NCBI GenBank assembly: GCA_009928265.1
Contig: RFPR01000001.1
Coordinates: 1-40,591 of the forward strand
DNA from: Pseudomonadota bacterium
GTDB taxonomy: Bacteria > Verrucomicrobiota > Verrucomicrobiia > Chthoniobacterales > UBA6821
Reading direction: 5' to 3'
DNA length: 40,591 nt
Both the position numbers and the translations under genes were made by a program. Positions 17,202-26,900 of the stretch are shown here, piece by piece. Every line of letters starts with the position of its first letter. Positions within the stretch are counted from its first letter, which is position 1. The notes beneath the pieces are model-generated. The model saw only the letters and a program-made list of their open reading frames with translations, made no database searches and was not told the origin of the DNA.

Positions 17202-17870
17202 ATGGAAAGTTCAATGGAAAATCTTAATAATTCGCGTTCTGAGGCGGGTAGGGAACTTAGTGATGATGAGTTGATTTACCGATATTGCGAGACTTACGGA
17301 ATCAAATCCAGGGGTGCTCTCGTCCCTCATGCACCCGCCGTTTTTATCATCTCGAGACTCGAGGGGATCCGAGGTTGTGCTAAATACTTCTCGGAAACTC
17401 TCAATACTAAAGTCACTAAAAAACAAGTAGAAGGGATTCTTTTCAAGATCCGAAATAAACTTGTTAATGTCACCGAGGGGGACCTTCGCCTAGCTGCTCA
17501 GGCTCACCCTCGTGCGATGGCATACTTCCGGATGTACCCAGCCGCCCTAAGTCCTATGGTGAAAATGGAAGACGAGGGAGAGCTGGATGAAGGGGAGCTA
17601 ACTGGTGGAAATCTAGCTGGTGGAGGCGTGGCTGTGACTCCTAAAGAAATCAAGGAGGCAGGGAAGGAAACCGCCGGGCAGGATGCTCTGGATGGGCAAG
17701 ATGGGCAGGATGGTGGAGGGGAGGCTAGGAAGCCTCGATCTGCAGGAACCTCTGCAGGAACCTCTGCACCATCTAACCCTCCAAAAAGCACCTCTAAAGC
17801 TAGTGAACTAGCGAGGAACTTTGGGCAGCATTTTGCGGCAGCTAGTAGGAAGTTGCCAGTTAGACCTTGA
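17202..17870 (+). CDS. hypothetical protein, paralog 1 (shared ~60-aa domain plus Gly/Asp/Gln and Ser/Ala/Gly/Thr low-complexity tail)
   Basis: YCETYGIKSRGALVPHAPAVFIISRLEGIRGCAKYFSETL...KKQVEGILFKIRNK aligns with 18112 gene FFETYGVRGKGVLLPFAAQVYVIARYGGIRAATDYFSKKL...KRPIEDILNKIKRG. Confidence 0.65.
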   Translation: MESSMENLNNSRSEAGRELSDDELIYRYCETYGIKSRGALVPHAPAVFIISRLEGIRGCAKYFSETLNTKVTKKQVEGILFKIRNKLVNVTEGDLRLAAQAHPRAMAYFRMYPAALSPMVKMEDEGELDEGELTGGNLAGGGVAVTPKEIKEAGKETAGQDALDGQDGQDGGGEARKPRSAGTSAGTSAPSNPPKSTSKASELARNFGQHFAAASRKLPVRP

Positions 17871-17930
17871 TTTATTTATACCAAATAATACACCTATTTC
17901 TGTAGTTTCAATATACAGAATGATCTAAAA

Positions 17931-17963
17931 AGAGGGGCGAACACCCCTCTTTTTTCTTTTTTT
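17931..17963 (+). terminator. rho-independent terminator
   Basis: AGAGGGG-cgaaca-CCCCTCT followed by a 13-nt T-rich run. Confidence 0.75.
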
Positions 17964-18077
17964 GATTTAAGAAAAAGATGTCCACCTTCATGCAATAAGG
18001 GGTAAGAATCTGAACTCACATACTGGCATCTTTTAAAACATGAAGTGACATATTGGAACAATTTACAATGATTTGTC

Positions 18078-18107
18078 TTGACATGTAGGGAGAATTAGTG
18101 ATAAGCT
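18078..18107 (+). promoter_or_regulatory. sigma70-like promoter, TTGACA-18 nt-TAAGCT, 4 nt before the ATG
   Basis: Shares CTTGACATG with the 17166 promoter. ATG at 18112. Confidence 0.4.
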
Positions 18108-18111
18108 TAGT

Positions 18112-18534
18112 ATGCAAGAAAATTCAGGATCCTCCGATTTAACTCCCAATCTAACTACTGGGTCGCCTTCAGTCGACCTATCTGCAGTTAAGGGTACGAG
18201 GTACAATAAGGACATTCCCACAGGGGATATCTCCGTCGAGGAGTTCTTTGAAACCTACGGGGTGCGTGGAAAGGGTGTCCTTCTACCCTTCGCAGCCCAG
18301 GTCTATGTTATCGCTCGCTATGGCGGGATAAGGGCCGCAACCGACTACTTCTCCAAGAAGCTCGGTAGGAAACTTAGTAAGCGTCCCATCGAAGATATCC
18401 TCAACAAGATCAAGCGGGGGGAAATAGTCCTCACCGAAGCAGAGATTCGAGAAGAGGCAAGCAAACATCCCTTTGCAGCCAAATTCTTCGAATGTGAGTT
18501 AGCTAGGTCGACGAAATTTTATGAGCCACTCTAA
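18112..18534 (+). CDS. hypothetical protein, paralog 2
   Basis: 140 aa. Conserved domain shared with the 17202 gene. Confidence 0.65.
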   Translation: MQENSGSSDLTPNLTTGSPSVDLSAVKGTRYNKDIPTGDISVEEFFETYGVRGKGVLLPFAAQVYVIARYGGIRAATDYFSKKLGRKLSKRPIEDILNKIKRGEIVLTEAEIREEASKHPFAAKFFECELARSTKFYEPL

Positions 18535-18606
18535 GCCCAACCCTACACAGGCACTCTCCAACGAGATTAAGCACATCCTTTAACAGCTAAGAATAAAACC
18601 CAATTT

Positions 18607-18966
18607 ATGAATACCATGAAAATAAAAGAAAACTACAGCCCAGAGGTACTAATAGCAGTAATTACCGCAATAGCATTAGCCGTGATTGCCTGTCTATTCT
18701 ACCTAAGTAACAAAGAAGATGAGCGCCTTTTGAAACAAGTTCTCAGTGAAAACCCACCTGAATTCTCCATCTCTGGAACAACTTCAATGTTGGAAATACA
18801 TATCACCAAAGAAGAAGAAATTCTAGGCAGAAAAGTAGTACTTAACCAAAGGACAATTAGCATCGCACCGGACAGATTGGAAAAACTGTGTAAATCACAG
18901 AAAATTTCCAAGAACACAGAGCAAAAGCTAATAAAACAACTAGCAACACTTAACGCTAAAAACTGA
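18607..18966 (+). CDS. hypothetical N-terminally membrane-anchored protein (AT-rich gene)
   Basis: 119 aa. TM helix VLIAVITAIALAVIACLFYL, then a Lys/Glu-rich region. Confidence 0.55.
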   Translation: MNTMKIKENYSPEVLIAVITAIALAVIACLFYLSNKEDERLLKQVLSENPPEFSISGTTSMLEIHITKEEEILGRKVVLNQRTISIAPDRLEKLCKSQKISKNTEQKLIKQLATLNAKN

Positions 18967-18982
18967 CGGAAGGCTTAACTTT

Positions 18983-19870
18983 ATGAAAAAACCATCAGAA
19001 AACATCCCAGAAAACGAAAGCAAACCCTTTCATAATGTTCTCTTTAGTGGGAACGACCGAGGGGGCGTAGGAAAAACCTTCAACAACACGCAACTCGGAG
19101 ATGCTCTGGAGGCTCTAGGCTACTCTGTCAACTTCGTCGACGCCGACCCGGGTAGTTCCTCCATGATCGGAATCGTTCCTTCCGCTAGGGTTGTTGATCC
19201 CAGTAAGGAGGAAGAGCTCGATCAGCTCTTCAGCGACATCGCCGAAGGTGATGCCGACCTTACCATCGTTGATTTAGGCGCCGGGACTACAGGTAGTAAC
19301 CTTGCAAAATACTTCGCCAATGGGGGCGATATCAGAGAACGCCTTGGAATCCGGGTCATCATCGGTATCTCGATCAACAGTGACCCAGAGGCAATCAAAT
19401 GCTCCATACCATGGATTGAAGGCTTATCCGAGGTCGGAGAGTTTATGACATTAGTAAGTCATGAAAAAACAATCCCATTTGACTTTAATAAACTTCCTGC
19501 AGGCGAAATCCTACTCGATATCTCTGAGAACAGGGTCATCCACTTCGCAAGACTTCCCGACAGGTTGCTCGAACACTACACCGCCAGGAAGGGCAAAGCT
19601 GCAGAATTCATCGAAGGGGGTGCTCTCGTCGACTACCTAGGGCTAAACATCTTCGAATCTGCAGCCTGGAATGTCTACCGAAACGACACAATTAACGGAG
19701 TTTACCCCTACGCCGAGTTTCTCACCGGGCGTAAAGCACCTAACCCACCAAAAGAGTACCCTCGCAAAGTTAAAGACGCCTCTAAAGAGAAGGAGAACAA
19801 AGCCAAGCTGATGCGGGAAAAAATCGCCGAAGCTCGTCGTAACCCCCTACCAGGTAGGGGAAAACGATAA
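18983..19870 (+). CDS. ParA/MinD-superfamily P-loop ATPase with Arg in place of the signature Lys
   Basis: LFSGNDRGGVGKT (deviant Walker A, KGGxxGKT with K to R), VNFVDADPG (A'), DLTIVDLGAG (Walker B), and a basic C-terminal tail. Confidence 0.65.
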   Translation: MKKPSENIPENESKPFHNVLFSGNDRGGVGKTFNNTQLGDALEALGYSVNFVDADPGSSSMIGIVPSARVVDPSKEEELDQLFSDIAEGDADLTIVDLGAGTTGSNLAKYFANGGDIRERLGIRVIIGISINSDPEAIKCSIPWIEGLSEVGEFMTLVSHEKTIPFDFNKLPAGEILLDISENRVIHFARLPDRLLEHYTARKGKAAEFIEGGALVDYLGLNIFESAAWNVYRNDTINGVYPYAEFLTGRKAPNPPKEYPRKVKDASKEKENKAKLMREKIAEARRNPLPGRGKR

Positions 19871-19907
19871 AACAAGCACCGCTCTAACTATAAGGGGTAA
19901 ACGATCC

Positions 19908-20591
19908 ATGTCCTACCGAGAACGATTCCTAGCTCTGTGCTCCCGTGACGAACGGGACGAGGCTGATCGTATGTGCGGGGGGTTATCCAATAACGATAAC
20001 AGCCCGCTATTCTGGGCTCTCCTGCAGATAAAACAACTCCCCTCGGCAATCGCTAAAGTCCTCGGCGACAATGTCGAAGCAATGCGGGAAATCAACCAGG
20101 GCAAGAAGGTCGCCCTCCTGCAGATCATCGCCTCACGGCTCTTCGCCGCAGTCATCCACGCAATCCTCGTCCTTGCTCTAGCACTCGGGGCGTTCGTGAT
20201 CATCACCAAAAAGCAGGAAGCTAGGCTGGGCACACTCGTCGAAAATAGCCGATCTCTCCTGCAGACCCAGAAGCAGCTAGCTGCAGATATGGCTACCTAC
20301 AAGGATGACCAAAGCGAACTCGGGCAAGGCGTGAAAACCATGTCAACACAGGTAAACTCCGCAGCAAAAGCAGCTAAAGATGAAATTCTCGCAGCCCGAG
20401 ATGCCTCCCTGAAAGACATCGAAAAGGGAGCCCAAGACTACAGAACCATCGCCAACCTTCTCAAATACTCGGGAGCCGGCGTCACCATCAACAGTCAGGG
20501 CGAACTCGTGCTCAAAACCTATAAATGGGGATACGAAATCGTGGATGACCCCACCCAAAACGGTGCCGTCACCATAATCCTCCACAAATGA
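19908..20591 (+). CDS. hypothetical membrane / coiled-coil protein
   Basis: 227 aa. One TM helix (LFAAVIHAILVLALALGAFVII), then a helical Gln/Lys/Ala-rich segment. Confidence 0.6.
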   Translation: MSYRERFLALCSRDERDEADRMCGGLSNNDNSPLFWALLQIKQLPSAIAKVLGDNVEAMREINQGKKVALLQIIASRLFAAVIHAILVLALALGAFVIITKKQEARLGTLVENSRSLLQTQKQLAADMATYKDDQSELGQGVKTMSTQVNSAAKAAKDEILAARDASLKDIEKGAQDYRTIANLLKYSGAGVTINSQGELVLKTYKWGYEIVDDPTQNGAVTIILHK

Positions 20592-20627
20592 CCAACCATG
20601 CTTCCTGCAGCTAAAGCCCACCCCAAA

Positions 20628-20713
20628 ATTTCGCTCCGTGCAGCGAAATCAGCCGCCGGAGCCGCTCGAGGCAACGGCAGGCTTCCCTCCGGCGGATGGA
20701 AGCAACGCCTTCC
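20628..20713 (+). repeat. ~85-nt multi-hairpin element, copy D
   Basis: ATTTCGC-TCCGTGCA-GCGAAAT, GCCG...CGGC, CTTCC-CTCCGGCGGAT-GGAAG-caacgc-CTTCC. Confidence 0.7.
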
Positions 20714-20851
20714 TGCACCCCTTTTAATCTCATGAAAACACCCAAGAAATCTCCACGGGTAGGACACTCTGTGTCTCCCAAACCTGCTAAGAAGAAGCTG
20801 CCAAATAAGCTCCCCAACCCCCCCAAAACAGCACACTCTCGTCATACACCT

Positions 20852-22633
20852 ATGCCTGAAGATTCCGCTCCCACCAAGATCAACTATGTCTCCCTTGTCT
20901 GGAGTATCGCAGAAATTCTGCGAGGTGACTTCAAGGCTCACCAGTACGGAGCAATCATCCTACCTTTCCTCGTGCTTCGTCGCTTGGAGTGCGTTCTCGA
21001 ACCTTCGCGGGCAAAGGTTCTCGATGCGTTGGCTTCCGTGCCAAAAGGTGCCGATGAGACAATTCGGGAGAAGCTCCTAAACCGTGCCTCCGGACATAAG
21101 TTCTCCAACACCAGCAAGTGGACCTTGGAGAAGATCAAGGGTGACCAAGCCCATCTCCTTGCCAACCTGAATGCCTATGTGAACGGCTTCTCGGCAAATG
21201 TACGGGATGTCCTCATCGACAAGTTCAAGTTCCCAACCCTTCTCGAAGCTCTGGACAAGGCGGATCTCCTCTACTCCCTAGTCGACAAGTTCGCCCAGGT
21301 GGATCTCCACCCAGACAGGGTCTCCAATATGGAGATGGGTTCCATCTTCGAGGAGCTCATCCGACGATTCGCTGAAGTCAGCAATGAAACGGCTGGAGAG
21401 CACTTCACCCCGAGGGATGTCGTGGAGCTTCTGGTCGATGTTCTCTTCATCTTCGACTCGGAAGTCCTCACCAAGAAGGGAGTTGTCCGTTCGATCTACG
21501 ATCCCACCGCAGGCACCGGGGGAATTCTCTCCGTCGCCCAAGAGGCTCTTCGCAAGCTCAACCCGGACGCTCAGCTAGTCCTCTTCGGACAAGAACTCAA
21601 CCCTGAATCCTACGCCATCTGTAAGAGCGATCTCATGATCAAGGGGCAGGATCCCGACAACATCGGCTTCGGAAACACCCTCAACGACGACAAGCACGAA
21701 GACCTTCAAGTCGACTACATGGGGGCAAACCCTCCGTATGGCGTGGACTGGGGAAAGATCAAGGATGACATCGAGGACGAACACGAGAAGCTCGGAATGA
21801 CTGGACGATTCGGTCCAGGTCTTCCTCGCGTCTCCGACGGTTCCCTTCTCTTCGTCCTGCAGATGATTTCCAAAATGAAGGACCCTGCCAAGGGCGAGGG
21901 GTCAAGGATCGCAGTAGTCTTGAGCGGATCCCCGCTCTTCACGGGCGGTGCAGGATCAGGAGAGTCGGAAATCCGCAGATACATCCTCGAGAATGACCTG
22001 CTGGAGACCATCATCGCTCTCCCCAGCTCCCTCTTCTACAACACCGGAATTGGCACCTACATTTGGGTCCTCTCCAACAAGAAGACCAAGGAACGCAAGG
22101 GCAAGGTGCAGCTCATCAACGCTGCAGAGATGTTTATCCCTATGAGAAAGAGCCTCGGGGACAAACGCAGGGAGATGACACCAGAACACCGCAAGGAAAT
22201 CCTCCGACTCATGGGTGAGTTCGACGAGTCACCCATCTCGAAAATCTTCAACTCAACCGATTTCGGCTACCGCCGAATCACTGTTGAACGCCCCTTGCTC
22301 GATGAGAAAGGTAAACCAGTCATCGGCACCAAGGGGAAGATGAAGGGCAAGCCCCTTCCCAATGCCGACTTGCGAGACACCGAGAATGTCCCCCTCACGG
22401 AATCGGTCGAGGAGTACTTCAAGCGTGAGGTCCTCCCTCATGTCCCCGATGCCTACATCGACAGCGAGAAGCGTGATGAACGGGACGGCGAGGCCGGGGT
22501 GGTTGGCTACGAGATCAACTTCAACCGCTATTTCTACCAGTTCACTCCTCCTAGAAAACTCGAAGATGTCCGAAAGGATGTCCGGGCGAAGGAACAAGCC
22601 ATCCTCAAACTCTTGGAGGACATCGGAGCATGA
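20852..22633 (+). CDS. hsdM: type I restriction-modification DNA methyltransferase subunit M
   Basis: HsdM N-domain (LVWSIAEILRGDFKAHQYGAIILPFLVLRRLE), SAM motif DPTAGTGGIL, catalytic GANPPYG. ATG 20852 preferred. Upstream in-frame ATGs at 20696 and 20732 would add a Lys/Pro-rich tail and overlap repeat copy D. Confidence 0.9.
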   Translation: MPEDSAPTKINYVSLVWSIAEILRGDFKAHQYGAIILPFLVLRRLECVLEPSRAKVLDALASVPKGADETIREKLLNRASGHKFSNTSKWTLEKIKGDQAHLLANLNAYVNGFSANVRDVLIDKFKFPTLLEALDKADLLYSLVDKFAQVDLHPDRVSNMEMGSIFEELIRRFAEVSNETAGEHFTPRDVVELLVDVLFIFDSEVLTKKGVVRSIYDPTAGTGGILSVAQEALRKLNPDAQLVLFGQELNPESYAICKSDLMIKGQDPDNIGFGNTLNDDKHEDLQVDYMGANPPYGVDWGKIKDDIEDEHEKLGMTGRFGPGLPRVSDGSLLFVLQMISKMKDPAKGEGSRIAVVLSGSPLFTGGAGSGESEIRRYILENDLLETIIALPSSLFYNTGIGTYIWVLSNKKTKERKGKVQLINAAEMFIPMRKSLGDKRREMTPEHRKEILRLMGEFDESPISKIFNSTDFGYRRITVERPLLDEKGKPVIGTKGKMKGKPLPNADLRDTENVPLTESVEEYFKREVLPHVPDAYIDSEKRDERDGEAGVVGYEINFNRYFYQFTPPRKLEDVRKDVRAKEQAILKLLEDIGA

Positions 22634-23901
22634 GCAGGGAGTTCAAGCCATACCCCAAGTACAAGGACTCGGGGGTAGAGTGGCTCGGGCAGGTTCCGGA
22701 AGGATGGGAGGTAACACCTCTCAAAAGAGCTGTCAGGCAAAGTGCCGATAAGTCAACTGACGGGTCCCTTCAGTACCTAGGGCTGGAAAATATCCTGCCA
22801 TGGACAGGCGTTATCACTACCGACTCTGATGCCAAATATTCAGACGACAGCTTGGGAATCGAGTTCCTAGAGGGAGATGTGCTCTTTGGGAAACTTCGCC
22901 CATACCTTGCGAAGGTAGCTCTGCCCTCATTTAACGGGCGATGCACCTCTGAGCTTTTGGTGCTTCGCCCAGAAAAACTAGATGGGAAATACCTCCGCTA
23001 TTTCCTCTCAACTCCTGGATTCATCGACCGGGTCAACTCAACGACATTCGGGGCACAAATGCCCCGAGCAAATTGGGAATCCATCGGGGGGTTACACACT
23101 CTGATTCCGGAGGATAAAGGCAAAGCCATTGCATCCTTCCTCGATCAGCAAACTTCGCAGATCGACGAGGTGATCAAAGCTACGGAGGAATCCATCGCTC
23201 TCCTACAGGAAGAGCGGAAAAGCATCATCTCCCATGCAGTCACCAAGGGACTAGATCCCAAGGTCAAACTCAAGGACTCGGGTATCGAGTGGCTCGGACA
23301 GATTCCGGAGCACTGGGAGGCCAAGAAGACAAGTTGGTATTTTACTGCTAAGAAGGGGAAGAACGCGGCACAGCTTACCAAGGAATACTGTGCAACGATT
23401 AGTGGGGACTACCCCGTCTACAGCGGGCAGACTGAAAATAACGGAGTGATGAGCAGCATCACCGAATACGAATTTGATGCGGGAGAGGACGGATGCCTCT
23501 TCTCCACAACGGTAGGCAGCCAAAAGGTCATGACCGTGATGCACATTAAGGGCAGATTCAGCCTATCACAGAACTGCATGATTATGCTCCCTACACAACG
23601 GGCTATTAATGTCAGGTACGCATTCTATCACTTTCAGCCTTTGTTTGAGTACGAGAAGAGCTTCATCCCATCCCACATGCAGGCTTCATTCCGTATGGAA
23701 GACTTCTACCAATACAGGTTAGCCCTTCCTCCTCTCGCAGAGCAGGAAGCCATCTCCTCCTACCTAGACGAGAAGACTAAGCGGATCGACTCACTCATCG
23801 CTGAAAAGGGGTCGCTCATCGAATCCCTCAGGGAGTATCGCAGCAGTCTGATCTTCGAAGCGGTAACCGGAAAAATCGACCTTCGGGAGGAAGCTGCATG
23901 A
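22630..23901 (+). CDS. hsdS: type I R-M specificity subunit S (two target-recognition domains)
   Basis: Duplicated YKDSGVEWLGQVPEGWE / LKDSGIEWLGQIPEHWE half-starts. Conserved helical spacers LQEERKSIISHAVTKGLD and LREYRSSLIFEAVTGKIDL. ATGA overlap with hsdM. Confidence 0.9.
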   Translation: MSREFKPYPKYKDSGVEWLGQVPEGWEVTPLKRAVRQSADKSTDGSLQYLGLENILPWTGVITTDSDAKYSDDSLGIEFLEGDVLFGKLRPYLAKVALPSFNGRCTSELLVLRPEKLDGKYLRYFLSTPGFIDRVNSTTFGAQMPRANWESIGGLHTLIPEDKGKAIASFLDQQTSQIDEVIKATEESIALLQEERKSIISHAVTKGLDPKVKLKDSGIEWLGQIPEHWEAKKTSWYFTAKKGKNAAQLTKEYCATISGDYPVYSGQTENNGVMSSITEYEFDAGEDGCLFSTTVGSQKVMTVMHIKGRFSLSQNCMIMLPTQRAINVRYAFYHFQPLFEYEKSFIPSHMQASFRMEDFYQYRLALPPLAEQEAISSYLDEKTKRIDSLIAEKGSLIESLREYRSSLIFEAVTGKIDLREEAA

Positions 23902-23941
23902 TCGCACTTCTCTTCGCACTAAAAGCGGGGATAACCAACTT

Positions 23942-26900
23942 ATGAGCACGCCAATTCACAAAGAGAAAAAGTTCGAGGAGGAGATCGAAGCAGTCCTCCT
24001 CAGCCGCAAGGGTGGTTACCTGCAGGGAAATCCCAAGAACTTCGATCCACGGCTCGGCTTTGATTGCACCGAACTGTTCACCTTCCTGAAAGGGACGCAG
24101 CCGAAGGAGTGGGCGAAGCTTGAGAAGAGCTACGGCGGCGAAGTGGAAGCCAAGGTTTCCTCCTACCTCCGCAGTGAGATCAACCGCAAGGGAACCATCG
24201 AAGTACTTCGTCAGGGCATCGTCGACCGGGGAGCCAAGCTCACTCTTGCCTTCATGCCTCCTTCCTCAGGTCTCAATCCTGTAGTGATCGAACAGTACAA
24301 AAGCAACAGGCTCACAATCACTCGGCAGGTTCCTTGCACAGTCGGGTCGAAGGAAACCATCGACACCGTTCTCATGGTCAACGGCATCCCAGTCGTTACC
24401 GTTGAACTCAAGACTCCGCTCACCGGACAAACCGTCACCAACGCAGTCTTTCAGTACAAAGACAGGGACCCCAATTCCCCCATCTTCGGCTTCAAGTCGG
24501 GTGCACTTGTGCACATGGCTGTCGATCCGGATGAGGTGATGATGACCACCAAGCTCGACAAGAAAGGGACTCGCTTCCTCCCATTCAACAAAGGCGACAA
24601 GGGAGGGAAGGGGAATCCTGAAAACCCCAAGGGCTACAAAACAGCGTACCTCTGGGAAGAGGTTCTGCAAAGGGATAGCCTCATGGACATCCTTGCCAAG
24701 TTCGTTCAGTCACAGACTGAGACGAAGCGTCTGCCCAACGGCTCCAAGGTCAAAGTCGAGAAGCTACTCTTCCCTAGGTATCACCAACTCGATTGCGTCC
24801 GTAAGTGCGCATCGCACGCTGCAGAGCACGGAGCAGGTCAAACCTACCTCATCCAGCACTCGGCAGGTTCGGGGAAGACCAATTCCATTGCCTGGCTCGC
24901 CCATAGGCTCACCACTCTCCACAACGCGAAGGACGAAACAGTCTTCGACAGCGTCATCGTTGTTACCGATCGAATCGTCCTCGATGACCAGCTGCAGGAC
25001 GCCATCGCCCAATTCGAGCACAAGCACGGAGTGGTTGAAGCCATCAAGGGAAGCGAGGGCTCCAAGAGTGCGAAGCTCGCTGAAGCCCTTACTGGCGGGA
25101 AGAAGATCATCATCGTCACCATTCAGTCCTTCGGGTTTGTCCTTGAGCAGATCGGATCCATCCCTAACCGCAGGTATGCCGTTATCGTGGACGAAGCCCA
25201 CTCCTCGCAGACCGGAGAGTCGGCTACAAAGATGCGACAGGCACTTGGATCCTCGGATGAAGACCTAGCTGCTGCAGCTAAGGAGCAGGAGGAAGAGGAC
25301 AAGAAGGCTGAAGCCAAGGACGATGAAACGGACGCAGCCGTCCTCAAAGTTCTCAAGGCTCGCAAGCGTCAGCCCAACATGAGTTTCTTCGGCTTCACGG
25401 CTACGCCCAAAGCCAAAACCCTCGAATACTTCGGCACAGTTGGTAAGGACAGAAAGCCTCACCCGTTTCACCTGTACTCCATGCGACAGGCGATTGAGGA
25501 AGGATTCATCCTCGATGTCCTGAAGAACTACACCACCTACGAAACCTACTGGCGTCTCGCCTCTTCCAATTCAGTAGATCCGGAAGTCGAGAAGAAGAAA
25601 GCTTCACGAGCGGCTGTTCGCTATGTGCAGCTCCACCCCTACAACATCGCTCAGAAGGTCGAGATCATCCTAGAGCACTATGTGAACTTCACCTCCAAGC
25701 AGATCGGAGGGAAGGCGAAGGCGATGGTTGTTACCAGCAGTCGCAAAGCTGCAGTCAGGTACAAAGAGGCATTCGACAAGATCCTCGTCAAAAAGAAGAT
25801 CAAAGGTGTCAAAGCCATCGTTGCCTTCTCCGGGGAAGTCCAAGACGAGGGGAAGAGTCACACCGAGCAGAGCATGAACGGCTTCTCCGGTCGTCAGATC
25901 CCAGAGAAGTTCGAGTCGGATGAGTACCAAGTCCTCCTGGTTGCCGACAAATTCCAAACAGGCTTCGATCAGCCTTATCTGCACACTCTCTTTGTCGACA
26001 AGCGCCTCGACGGCGTTCAGGCGGTGCAGACCCTCTCCCGGGTCAATCGTACCTGCCCCCTTAAGGAAGACACCTTCGTTTTGGACTTCGTCAACAACGC
26101 CGACGACATCAAGAAAGCCTTCCTGCCGTACTACCAGGCAACGGAAGTCTCGGAAGTCACCGATCCCAATGTGCTCTATCGGCTCAAGGATCAGATCATG
26201 GATCGAGGTATCATCAACAAGGATGACATCGAGGGGGTTGCCAAGATCGCCTTCAAACCTGCAGGAGAAGCCGGGGCAAACGACCAAGGCAAGATTCATG
26301 CCCTCATCGACCCAGCAGTTACTCGTTACAAAGAGAAGCTGGATGAATCTGAGCAACGCGAGTTCGCCGGCGATCTCCAATCCTTCCTTCGCACCTACGC
26401 ATTCCTCGCTCAGCTCATCGACTTTGAAGATACGGACCTTGAAAAACTCTACGCCTACGGGAAGTTCCTCGCTCGAAAACTCCCAAGGACCCAAGGACGC
26501 AACCTCACCCTCGACGATGAAGTTCGGCTTACCTTCTACCGCACCCAGAAGGTGTTTGAAGGTAGCCTCTCCCTTGGAGCAACAGACGCCGGGACCGTAA
26601 AAGGTATCGGTGATGCTCCCAAGAAAGGCGGTGCTGGTGGAACGGTCGTTCGCCTCTCCACCATTATCGATGTCCTCAACCAACGATTCGGTGCTGACCT
26701 CTCCCAAGAAGACCAGCTCCTCTTCGATGCCATCGAGGGGGACATGGCGAGAGACCATGAACTCCGTACCCAAGCTCTCAACAACGATCTGAAAAACTTC
26801 GCCTTCCCAGCCAAGGAGAAGATCAGCGGTGCATTCCTAGAACGGACCGAGAAAAACCAAGGGCTATTCACTCGCTACCTCGCAGATGAGGCCTTCCGCA

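Noticed and set aside
17739-17770. Tandem TCTGCAGGAACC repeat as an independent repeat element
   Set aside because: It is in frame within the 17202 gene and encodes SAGTSAGTSA low-complexity sequence. It is noted only because it contributes two of the CTGCAG sites.
22630-23901. Phase-variable hsdS shuffling driven by the nearby serine recombinase
   Set aside because: Only one hsdS is present. I saw no second TRD cassette or inverted repeats within or next to it.
25670-26773. 367-aa minus-strand ORF
   Set aside because: Lies entirely antisense inside hsdR, whose helicase motifs are unambiguous. Its Glu/Val/Leu/Gly-rich composition is typical of a shadow ORF.
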